Assembly: GCA_016219465.1 (NCBI GenBank)
Contig: JACRMW010000034.1
Location: 176 to 24,175 of the forward strand
Source: Candidatus Aenigmatarchaeota archaeon
Lineage (GTDB): Archaea > Aenigmatarchaeota > Aenigmatarchaeia > GW2011-AR5 > JACRAC01
DNA length: 24,000 nucleotides
Reading direction: 5' to 3'
Positions within the stretch are counted from its first letter, which is position 1. Each line of letters opens with the position of its first letter. Position numbers and translations under genes: made by a program. Below are positions 15,066-22,889 of the stretch, piece by piece. Under the pieces are notes generated by a model. It saw only the letters and a list, made by a program, of their open reading frames with translations. It ran no database searches and was not told the DNA's origin.

Positions 15066-15386
15066 ATGGTGGAATTCAAATACAAAAGGGCTGCAGCAAC
15101 TCCAAGACTTATTGCAAAGATAGACCCGGTCAAGGACATCAGGGTGCGCATCACTGGACAGGTTGTTGACAAGATGAACGGCTCTGTCATGCTTGAGGAT
15201 GCATCTGGAAAGGCAGAAATATTTATGGAGAATAATCTAGTGGAATCCCTTAGAATAGGGGAGACGCTTAGGGTGTTCTGCAGGGTTCTTGAGAATAATG
15301 AGCTAAGAGCAGAACTGATACAGGATATGAATAATCTTGACATGGAGATGTATGAGAATATTATTTTAAATAAGAACGTTTCCTAA
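15066..15386 (+). CDS. OB-fold nucleic-acid-binding protein
   Basis: IRVRITGQVVDKMNGSVMLEDASGKAEIF...GETLRVFCRV fits the tRNA_anti/RPA-type OB-fold pattern. The ATG at 15066 is in frame with the GTG at 15060. Confidence 0.55.
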   Translation: MVEFKYKRAAATPRLIAKIDPVKDIRVRITGQVVDKMNGSVMLEDASGKAEIFMENNLVESLRIGETLRVFCRVLENNELRAELIQDMNNLDMEMYENIILNKNVS

Positions 15387-15402
15387 TAATTTCAGTGATT
15401 CT

Positions 15403-15867
15403 ATGGAATGCATCTTGTGCAGGATAATTGACAACCAGATTGCGTCAAGAAAGATATATGAAGACGAGGACAATATAGCTATACTTGATATTAATCCTGC
15501 ATCGCCGGGTCATACGCTTGTTGTGCCTAAAAAGCACGCTGATTCTATATTTGCAATGGATTCTCTTGATTTGAGAAGAACAATAGAAGTTGTGAAACTT
15601 ATTGCAGAAAAGATAAAAAAAGAACTCAGGACTGATAATATAAATATAATTCTGAACAATGGGCGACTGGCTGGACAGATAATAGACCATGTTCATTTTC
15701 ATGTTGTGCCAAGGTTTCCAAATGACAGGATAAACTTCACAATACCAAGATATCAAATGTCTGATGAACAATTCTGGGAAGTGCAAAGCAAGCTTATAAT
15801 AAACACAGAGATGCCTCCAAAGCCAGAGCCTAAAAAAGAGGAAAGCGAACGGGGTAAACTAGAATAA
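15403..15867 (+). CDS. HIT-family nucleotide hydrolase/transferase
   Basis: CILCRII N-terminus, the histidine triad HVHFHVVPR, and NPASPGHTLVVPKKH. Confidence 0.9.
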   Translation: MECILCRIIDNQIASRKIYEDEDNIAILDINPASPGHTLVVPKKHADSIFAMDSLDLRRTIEVVKLIAEKIKKELRTDNINIILNNGRLAGQIIDHVHFHVVPRFPNDRINFTIPRYQMSDEQFWEVQSKLIINTEMPPKPEPKKEESERGKLE

Positions 15868-15927
15868 AAGGCTTCTCTTTTATATTTTATCAATCTTTGT
15901 AGATATGAACACTGCAGAACTCTTGGA

Positions 15928-16208
15928 AACAAAATGACTTTCGAAGAAAGTCATTTTGTTCTTGTATAGGAAAGTATATTTATTATGATATTTTCCTATA
16001 CAAGACACACAGAAAGCAGAGCTTTCTGGTGCACCAAACAACGTATGTTGTTTGTGTGTTTAGCGAGCTTGCGAAGCAAGGCCGCTTTGTTCTTTCTGTA
16101 CAGGTAAAGCTTGCTTTACCATGTATCGGTACAAGGAGGAAAATATATTTCCTCCTGTACAACAGAAGCAAAGCTTCTGTTTGTATTCTTTTGTTGGCTC
16201 ACTATAAT
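15928..16208 (+). repeat. hairpin array C: long hairpins, a two-hairpin domain closed by ACACAC/GTGTGT, then three TGTACA cassettes
   Basis: 14-bp stem at 15928-15960. 13-bp stem at 15961-16004. ACACAC (16005-16010) / GTGTGT (16054-16059) encloses hairpins at 16010-16028 and 16035-16054. Cassettes lie at 16103-16120, 16134-16156 and 16161-16181. Segment 16097-16208 matches 7803-7914 at 110 of 112 positions. Confidence 0.9.
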
Positions 16209-16215
16209 CACTGTT

Positions 16216-16821
16216 TTATCTATTTGCAGAAAACTTCTTTCTTGGAATTTTGTTTTTCTCTAGAAAAAAATTCATCTCTTTCAATATATTATTGCATTGA
16301 TCTATGGAGCTGGTTGGATCATTTCCTCGTATATCCACTATTGGATTCTTTCTGCCAGCAACGTATGCTGCAAACCAGTCAGTAACTCCATCTCCTTCTT
16401 TGTCATATACAGAGAAGGAATTTTCTTTATCATAGACATGAATGACATTGCCTTCTAATTCTATTTTTGCGCCAGCTTTCAATGCATGGACGCAGGCATT
16501 GATGTATTTTTGCGTAATGGCTTGCGCCATTTCCTTGTATGCGCCGTCTGCATTAACAGCAATATCATTCTCCATGACAACAGATGCTTCAGATGATTTT
16601 GCCCCTATCCTGGCATAATCAGGAAATCCGTCAAAACTACCCATTGTGCCATCATAGAAAATCCATTTATTTGGCCCTCTATACACAATCAATCTAGATT
16701 GACCTGATTTAGGCAATCCTTTGTAATCTGGCGCGACTTCAATAACAGCGCCATTTGAAACAAAACTTGCCCTGGACAAATCAAAATCTCCTGCATATGC
16801 CTGACTACATGGCGCATCCAT
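16216..16821 (-). CDS. hypothetical protein (201 aa)
   Basis: Clean ORF with an ATG start and non-repetitive composition. No family recognised. Confidence 0.55.
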   Translation of the reverse strand: MDAPCSQAYAGDFDLSRASFVSNGAVIEVAPDYKGLPKSGQSRLIVYRGPNKWIFYDGTMGSFDGFPDYARIGAKSSEASVVMENDIAVNADGAYKEMAQAITQKYINACVHALKAGAKIELEGNVIHVYDKENSFSVYDKEGDGVTDWFAAYVAGRKNPIVDIRGNDPTSSIDQCNNILKEMNFFLEKNKIPRKKFSANR

Positions 16822-16938
16822 AGATCATCACTGTTACTACTTATTAGAGAACTAACCATTTAAAGATATGGGCGTTGTCCTATACAAGAACAAGAATAGA
16901 CACCCATTCACTATTATCGTCGGATTCTTCTCTGAGAA

Positions 16939-17670
16939 TTATTCCTCAACTCTTGGAGCCAGGATAAATGAAAGCCTTGATTTTCCTGGCACGCTAAACA
17001 ATATTCTCATTGGAAAATCTGTTGAATATGCAACAGACACAAAGTCAGACATCTTCTTTGCCTTTATTATTTTTTTTAGGTATTCTATTGAATATCTTGC
17101 TCTTGAACTCTCTGATGACTTAAAATCCTTAAGACTTGTTATTTCCAGTTCAACAGCAGACTGGTCACTATCTGCATTTATTATAACCTTATTGTCTGCT
17201 GTCAAAAACAGGAGAGTGTCTGAGACAAGATCTGTGTCATCCACTGCGCTGCTTAGTATGTCTGAATTTATCTCAAATGAAGAAGCAAAATCAAGCTTGT
17301 CTATAGGTGGAAGCTCTTCTTTTGAGACATCTATGATAGGAAGAGTGAACTTTCTTGATGAACTGCCTTTGAATTTCAGCTCTATTTTCTTGTCAACTTT
17401 TATTTCCATTATGTCATCTGTTCCTGCTCTTTTTAATATTCTTAATAAGTTCAGCAGATTGACGCCTGCACGCATGTCTGTGCTGTAATTATATTCCCTG
17501 AATCCGGATTTGTCCAAAAAGAAATCCACTACCACGACAACAGCCCTGTCTGATGACACTAGTTTTATACCATCCTGGCGTATAACTAATTCTGCTTCGT
17601 CTATAAGCTCTGCAATAGATGCCATGCTTTCCCTGAGAATACCAGTGTCTTCCAGAATTGCGCTGAACAT
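16939..17670 (-). CDS. pcn: DNA polymerase sliding clamp PCNA
   Basis: MFSAILEDTGILRESMASIAELIDEAELVIRQDGIKLVSSDRAVVVVVDF and the C-terminal FPMRILFSVPGKSRLSFILAPRVEE are typical of archaeal PCNA. The ATG at 17670 is preferred over the upstream ATG at 17733. Confidence 0.9.
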   Translation of the reverse strand: MFSAILEDTGILRESMASIAELIDEAELVIRQDGIKLVSSDRAVVVVVDFFLDKSGFREYNYSTDMRAGVNLLNLLRILKRAGTDDIMEIKVDKKIELKFKGSSSRKFTLPIIDVSKEELPPIDKLDFASSFEINSDILSSAVDDTDLVSDTLLFLTADNKVIINADSDQSAVELEITSLKDFKSSESSRARYSIEYLKKIIKAKKMSDFVSVAYSTDFPMRILFSVPGKSRLSFILAPRVEE

Positions 17671-17742
17671 AATATCAAATAGAATAATAGTCTCAAGCTT
17701 TTTATAGACAGATGGATATTGGTTTAATGCCATTTTGATTTC

Positions 17743-18012
17743 TCATAGCAATTTACTAGAATCATCATAAACATTTTTCCTATGTCCAATGAAAAGAACT
17801 ATTATTTTCTTTTCTGCATGATTTATTTCAAGGATCGCTCTATAATCACCTATTCTAATTTTCCAGAAAGGTGTTGAGACAAGTTTTTCGCAATGATCTG
17901 TAGCATTTCTTAATAACTTTAGTTCTGTTTTTATTCTATCCCCATTAATTCTATCAATCTTTTTAAGAAACTCTGCTGCCTTAGGATGCAGAAGAACAGT
18001 ATAATTCATCAT
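17743..18012 (-). CDS. relE: RelE/ParE-family toxin
   Basis: 89 aa. WKIRIGDYRAILEINHAEKKIIVLFIGHRKNVY is the RelE/StbE C-terminal signature. It has a 4-nt ATGA overlap with the upstream antitoxin gene. Confidence 0.8.
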   Translation of the reverse strand: MMNYTVLLHPKAAEFLKKIDRINGDRIKTELKLLRNATDHCEKLVSTPFWKIRIGDYRAILEINHAEKKIIVLFIGHRKNVYDDSSKLL

Positions 18013-18227
18013 ACCTCCTCAAATGGAATAAGTATGCCAGGGTTATTCTTGCTTTCATCGCTTCTTTTTGCAAGCATTTTTAGAAATTTCATGGTCTTCT
18101 CTCTTTCCTCAAAAAATGCAACAATTGTTTTTATAGCATCGCTTCTGCTTTTGAATTTTCCAGATTCAACCCATTTATCAATCTCATCCACAGTCTTTTC
18201 TGGCATTCTTATCTGAACTTGTATCAT
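18009..18227 (-). CDS. ribbon-helix-helix (CopG-like) antitoxin
   Basis: IQVQIRMPEKTVDEIDKWVESGKFKSRSDAIKTIV is an RHH fold pattern. The alternative ATG at 18245 lies inside the palindrome. The TATA-like TTATATATAT at 18256-18265 favours a near-leaderless start at 18227. Confidence 0.75.
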   Translation of the reverse strand: MIQVQIRMPEKTVDEIDKWVESGKFKSRSDAIKTIVAFFEEREKTMKFLKMLAKRSDESKNNPGILIPFEEV

Positions 18228-18237
18228 ATCACTCACT

Positions 18238-18255
18238 GTAAACATATGTGTTTAC
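18238..18255 (-). promoter_or_regulatory. palindrome GTAAACA-TATG-TGTTTAC next to a TATA-like box; candidate antitoxin operator
   Basis: Perfect 7-bp arms at 18238-18244 and 18249-18255, directly downstream of TTATATATAT (minus-strand sense) and overlapping the first ATG of the RHH gene. Confidence 0.4.
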
Positions 18256-18267
18256 ATATATATAAGG

Positions 18268-20526
18268 TTATTTCTTCTCCAGTTTTGCAACAAGATGTTT
18301 TGTGTGAAATACTGCGTCTGTCTGAACACTAATGGAATCAATGCCTTGTTTTACTAGAAATTCCGCAAACTCTGGATAATTGCTTGGAGCTTCTCCGCAT
18401 ATGCCTACGGGTTTCTTATGAGCATGAGCTGTTTTGATAATCATTGAAACCATTCTTTTGACTGACTCATCTCGTTCATCAAAGCTTTTGGCAACCAACT
18501 CGCTGTTTCTGTCTATGCCAAGTGTCAGTTGCGTCAGATCGTTTGAGCCAATGCTAAAACCATCAAAATATTTTGAAAACTGGTCTGCAAGAATAACATT
18601 GCTTGGTATTTCTGCCATGGCATAACATTTTACTTTTCCTAGTCCAGACTTATTCAGTTCTTTTATAACCTCAGCAGCTTCCTTGATTGTCCTGCAGAAC
18701 GGAACCATTATTATAACATTGCTAAGTTTTGTTTCGTAGATTACTTTCCTCAATGCATGGCATTCTAGCGCAAAGGCTTTTTCAAATCCATGGCTGATGT
18801 ATCTAGATGCTCCACGCCAGCCTATCATTGGATTTTCTTCCAGAGGCTCGTATTCTTCACCGCCTTTCAGTCCCCTGTATTCATTTGTTTTGAAATCACT
18901 CAATCTGACTATCACTGGCCTTGGATAGAATGCTGCTGCAATCTTTGCAATTCCTTGAGCCAATTTATCAACATATTCCTGGCCACGATTTTGTCTTATC
19001 ATTGCAAGAGGATGTTCTTTAATAGCAGATGATATTATGAATTCCTGTCTTGCAAGACCAACTCCGTCAACAGGCAGCATTGCAGCATCCAATGCAAGAT
19101 CCGGATTTCCTACATTTACATAAATCTTTGTTCTTGTTTTTGGCAGTTCTGAAAGATCATATGTTTTAACAGAATATTTCAACAACCCATTCCATATTTT
19201 TCCTGTTTCAGCTGTGCAGTCAATTGTGATATTCTGATTGTTTTTTAGTTTCTTGACCGCTCCCTGGCAGCCAACTATGCATGGAATTCCTAGTTCTCTT
19301 GATACAATGGCTGCATGGCATGTTGAAGCGCCTGTCTCTGTTATGATTCCAGAAGCTATTTTCATTAAGGGCTCCCAATCTGGATTAGTGGTTCTTGTTA
19401 CAAGTATTCTTCCTTTTTTGAATTTATTGATTTCACTCAAGTTGTGTATTATATTTACAGCGCCAGCTGCAACTGAACGACCAATTGCAATTCCTTCCAT
19501 TACAGGAGATCCTTTTGCCTTTAGAGAGAATTCTTTATAAACAGGCTTTTTCTGCGAATAGACAGTTTCAGGCCTTGCCTGCAATATGAATATCTTTCCT
19601 TTTTCTTTTGCCCATTCAATATCCATTGGTTTTTTATAATGCTTCTCAATCATGATGCCATATTTTGCGAGCTCTGTGACCTCTTTTTCACTTAGCGCAA
19701 ATTCAACCTGTTTACCAGCAGAAACTTCTTTTCCTTTTACCCCTTCTTTTGCACTGATCTCCATTTTCTTTTTTAAACCTAGTTTTTTCTCTATAATTGT
19801 CATGGTTGCTTTGTGCACAAGATAACTGTCTGGATCTGTCTTTCCCTGCACAATATAATCGCCTAGTCCCCATGAGCTGTCTATCTTGATAAATCCAGAA
19901 TGACCTGAATTGGGCTCTATTGTAAACATCACACCGCTTGCATCTGAATAAATCATTTTCTGCACACCAACGCTCAGAAGAACTTTAAGGTGATCAAATC
20001 CCTTGTCTTCTCTGTAAGAAATTGCTCTGTCAGTAAAAAGAGATGCAAAACATTCTCTTATCCTGTTCAAGACCTCACTGCCTGATACATTGACATAACT
20101 CTCCTGCTGGCCTGCAAAAGACGCATCTGCGCTATCTTCTGTCGTGGCAGAGCTCCTAATAGCCACACGAAAACTGCTGTTGCTTTGCAGTTGTTTGCCT
20201 GCGCTTAATTTGTTGCAGGCTTCTGCTATCTCTTTTCTTAATTCCTTTGGAAAAGAGCCATTCTTTATAAGCCTCCTGATTTCACTGCCTGCGTCCTGTA
20301 GCTGGTCAATGCCTTTTCCTTTTCTTTTCAGTACATCCTTTATTTTCTCATCCAGTTTATTATGCAATATGAAATAACTATATCCTTCTGCAGTGACTGC
20401 AAAGCCGTCTGGCACAGGCAGGCCTGCTTTCAGCAGTTCACCAAGCGATGCATTCTTGCCGCCAACTGCAGAAACGTCTTTCATGCCAATCTCTGAAAAG
20501 AATTTTATGTATTTCATAACTACCAT
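18268..20526 (-). CDS. ppsA: phosphoenolpyruvate synthase (pyruvate, water dikinase)
   Basis: 752 aa. ATP-grasp N-terminus (VGGKNASLGEL), phosphohistidine swivel motif GASTCHAAIVSRELGIPCIVG, and a C-terminal PEP-utilising TIM-barrel domain (GFSIGSNDLTQL). Confidence 0.95.
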   Translation of the reverse strand: MVVMKYIKFFSEIGMKDVSAVGGKNASLGELLKAGLPVPDGFAVTAEGYSYFILHNKLDEKIKDVLKRKGKGIDQLQDAGSEIRRLIKNGSFPKELRKEIAEACNKLSAGKQLQSNSSFRVAIRSSATTEDSADASFAGQQESYVNVSGSEVLNRIRECFASLFTDRAISYREDKGFDHLKVLLSVGVQKMIYSDASGVMFTIEPNSGHSGFIKIDSSWGLGDYIVQGKTDPDSYLVHKATMTIIEKKLGLKKKMEISAKEGVKGKEVSAGKQVEFALSEKEVTELAKYGIMIEKHYKKPMDIEWAKEKGKIFILQARPETVYSQKKPVYKEFSLKAKGSPVMEGIAIGRSVAAGAVNIIHNLSEINKFKKGRILVTRTTNPDWEPLMKIASGIITETGASTCHAAIVSRELGIPCIVGCQGAVKKLKNNQNITIDCTAETGKIWNGLLKYSVKTYDLSELPKTRTKIYVNVGNPDLALDAAMLPVDGVGLARQEFIISSAIKEHPLAMIRQNRGQEYVDKLAQGIAKIAAAFYPRPVIVRLSDFKTNEYRGLKGGEEYEPLEENPMIGWRGASRYISHGFEKAFALECHALRKVIYETKLSNVIIMVPFCRTIKEAAEVIKELNKSGLGKVKCYAMAEIPSNVILADQFSKYFDGFSIGSNDLTQLTLGIDRNSELVAKSFDERDESVKRMVSMIIKTAHAHKKPVGICGEAPSNYPEFAEFLVKQGIDSISVQTDAVFHTKHLVAKLEKK

Positions 20527-20552
20527 TATTCTACTTATTACATTCAGCCTGT

Positions 20553-20665
20553 TATATAGCTCTCCAATGAAGTATTCACTATAGAGAACTTTGATTAACC
20601 CTACAACTCATCAAAGTTCACAATAAGGACCTTGACCAAAACACACATTATTCAAAGTCCTCTAT
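20553..20665 (-). mobile_element. family-2 two-hairpin MITE-like element, copy 2 (reverse), preceded by a TATAG...CTATAG mini-module
   Basis: The reverse complement of 20581-20665 aligns to 4774-4828 plus 4906-4932, and to 22158-22241. The mini-module 20553-20584 reads TTATATAGCTCTCCAATGAAGTATTCACTATAG. Confidence 0.8.
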
Positions 20666-20844
20666 ATTATTTCATTGGAAGCTATACATGGTTGAACCAT
20701 GTTCAACCTGTACAGCAAAGACTTCTCAAGTCTTTGCGTACAGAAGGAATTGCAAATTCCTTCTTGTACAGATGAACTCTCTAAGTTCATCATGTATGTG
20801 AACCAACTATTATCATACCTGATTATTTAGTTGGTTCACTATAG
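20666..20844 (+). repeat. TGTACA-hairpin mosaic array D
   Basis: Hairpins lie at 20690-20708, 20715-20737, 20742-20764 and 20771-20791, with TGTACA or GTACA at 20709, 20738 and 20765. The closing hairpin is GTGAACCAACT (20798-20808) / AGTTGGTTCAC (20829-20839), followed by CTATAG. Segment 20709-20770 is identical to the reverse complement of 3118-3179. Confidence 0.9.
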
Positions 20845-20922
20845 ACCTTCTATTCCTTGTTCTTGCAATTTAGAAACGCTTAAGAATATGCCAAATAATC
20901 AATTATGTAAGTTGGTGTTTGT

Positions 20923-22158
20923 TTGGTAAAACTTCTATTGGTCCCTTGTTCTGGAGGAGAAACATCTGACTTAACACGAGGAATCTTAAACGCTTTGAAA
21001 CATGATCACAATCTTGGTGAAGATGTTGAGATTTTAGGAAGCAGTAGATCAATAACTATAGAAAAAGGCACTCCAAAAGATAATAGATATCCTTTAGTGG
21101 TTGATTATTTTGATGATGGTGAAGTTCGCGCAGATATTGGAAAAAACGAATTAATCGACACTATCAGAGGCAGACATGTTGTTCTTATAGAACACCTACT
21201 AACACCTGACAGAGAAATGTTTTCAGATTTTATAGGACAAAAGGTTTCTGTCAATGACCATGTCGCAACAGTAAAAGGCGTTCTGAATCTACTTTCAAAT
21301 ACTGATGCACTTGGAAGAATTCTAGTCGCACCATATCTTACATATGTACGCTCACATAGTGTTGAAAAATATAGAGAGCAAGAATTTTTTCAATTTGATT
21401 CGTTGAATATGTTTTTAAAAGAATTCCAAAATTCAAAATTAGACACGTTAGTAACATTAGATCCTCATTCTGACAAAGCAAAACAAATTGCAGAAGAATT
21501 TGGTATGTATTATCATGCTGCAAATCCTTTCCAATCAACTAGATCATTAAATCCATATAAACTAGGCATTGCTGATGAAAAAATAGACAGTGTAATGAAT
21601 AATCTCAGACCTTTTCATAAAAGATTTGAAGAAATGAAAAAAGAATATGGGAATCGTCTTTATTTGGTATCAGTTGATGATGGCACCGAAGGAAGGGTAG
21701 AAAACTTTGTCGATAGATGTTTTGCAGAGCTCCAACCAAAAGAATATTATGCAAGGGTTATGTATTTTGACAAAAGACGAGTTGCTCTAGATAAAAGTGA
21801 ATATAAAGTAAAACCTTTTAGTAAGATAAATAGAAAAAATGTTGATAAAGAAGGAATTTATATAATAATTGATGATATGTATGCAAGTGGAGGAACTGCT
21901 TGTGATGTCGGTGAAATATTAAAAAAAGCTGGTGCAAACCGAGTAGAAGTCTGGACATCTCATGTAGTTACAACACCAAGACAATATGAAAAAAGTAATA
22001 ATAGACCATATATAGATGCCCTCGTATGTATTGATACTGTTCCAAGAAATGATGGATTAAAAGTTGAATATATTCCTGCAAGCACAGCACTTCTAGCATC
22101 AGAAATATACAAAGCCCATCAAAAACTTGTAAACGAAAGATTACGTAGATTTAGATAA
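20923..22158 (+). CDS. prs: divergent ribose-phosphate pyrophosphokinase (PRPP synthetase)-like protein, 411 aa
   Basis: FDDGEVRADI, HVVLIEH, APYLTYVRSH, LDPHS and the PRPP-binding loop IIIDDMYASGGTACD follow the Prs order of motifs, but with longer linkers. TTG start with GGTG upstream. Confidence 0.75.
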   Translation: MVKLLLVPCSGGETSDLTRGILNALKHDHNLGEDVEILGSSRSITIEKGTPKDNRYPLVVDYFDDGEVRADIGKNELIDTIRGRHVVLIEHLLTPDREMFSDFIGQKVSVNDHVATVKGVLNLLSNTDALGRILVAPYLTYVRSHSVEKYREQEFFQFDSLNMFLKEFQNSKLDTLVTLDPHSDKAKQIAEEFGMYYHAANPFQSTRSLNPYKLGIADEKIDSVMNNLRPFHKRFEEMKKEYGNRLYLVSVDDGTEGRVENFVDRCFAELQPKEYYARVMYFDKRRVALDKSEYKVKPFSKINRKNVDKEGIYIIIDDMYASGGTACDVGEILKKAGANRVEVWTSHVVTTPRQYEKSNNRPYIDALVCIDTVPRNDGLKVEYIPASTALLASEIYKAHQKLVNERLRRFR

Positions 22159-22241
22159 TTGAGGACCTTGAATAACATGCTTTTTACTCAAAGTCCTTAT
22201 TCCGAACTTTGCCAAAACATGGGTTAATCAAAGTTCTCAAT
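22158..22241 (+). mobile_element. family-2 two-hairpin MITE-like element, copy 3
   Basis: ATTGAGGACCTTGAATAAC...GTTAATCAAAGTTCTCAAT, a terminal inverted repeat of about 18 bp with 3 mismatches. It starts on the last base of the prs stop codon. Confidence 0.8.
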
Positions 22242-22466
22242 TATAAAAATGTAATCTATCTAGTCATTTTCCAATAAACCTTTATCTCACAATCAAATTC
22301 CCTACCAACAGAATCAATCATTACATTCTCACCTACAAATACTTTGTTGTATTCTATAAATATTGAAATGCAGAGGGCAGGAATTTCCATCAAACCTATT
22401 TCATGGTTTCTAGAGTTGCCTGTATAATTAGTTTCGTCAGAAACTATATTTCTTTTTAGGCAACAT

Positions 22467-22799
22467 CTAGCCTTTTTCTTTGAGGAAACGGCTTGATATT
22501 TGAACCTGCGAATGGACTAACCAACTAGGTCCTAAGCCTAGCGCCTTTGATCCGAACGACAATAATATACTGTCGCACTCAGCTAGTTCGCTAGCGAATT
22601 TCTTACGAAATTCTTGCTCACACGCTTCGCTTGACCATTCAAGGACATCTGAGTATTCAAAATGTCTGGCTTGGCTACCTCTGCAAAAGCTCTTTTTCGC
22701 CAGCAAGCGCAAATCTGCAAAAAGATTGCGAATCTTTTGAGATCTTAGAAAGCTCCACTTTCTAAGAAAAGTGCTGGCGAAAAAATACGCTATCAGCAT
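22467..22799 (-). CDS. hypothetical protein in a locally GC-richer patch, possibly a gene remnant
   Basis: 110-aa ORF with an ATG start. Composition is visibly more G+C-rich than the neighbours. A second open frame continues downstream (22263-22466) in another phase. Confidence 0.3.
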   Translation of the reverse strand: MLIAYFFASTFLRKWSFLRSQKIRNLFADLRLLAKKSFCRGSQARHFEYSDVLEWSSEACEQEFRKKFASELAECDSILLSFGSKALGLGPSWLVHSQVQISSRFLKEKG

Positions 22800-22889
22800 T
22801 TAGCCTTTTTATATATTATGAGAAATGAGGATTTAAATGCTCCAATATCACCGAAACCTATTTCTATGACATATTTGTATATATGATAT

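Noticed and set aside
16868-17488. 206-aa plus-strand ORF overlapping pcn, and the similar antisense ORFs 1733-2227 in polX and 15032-15343 in the OB-fold gene.
   Set aside because: In each case the opposite strand encodes a protein with recognisable family motifs. The antisense ORFs are S/L/F-rich, as expected from AT-rich antisense sequence.
22495-22515. GGTTCAAAT (minus-strand sense), resembling a tRNA T-loop; also a general scan for tRNA or rRNA genes.
   Set aside because: The flanking bases do not form a T-stem or acceptor stem. No cloverleaf-compatible region or rRNA-like conserved block was seen anywhere in the window.
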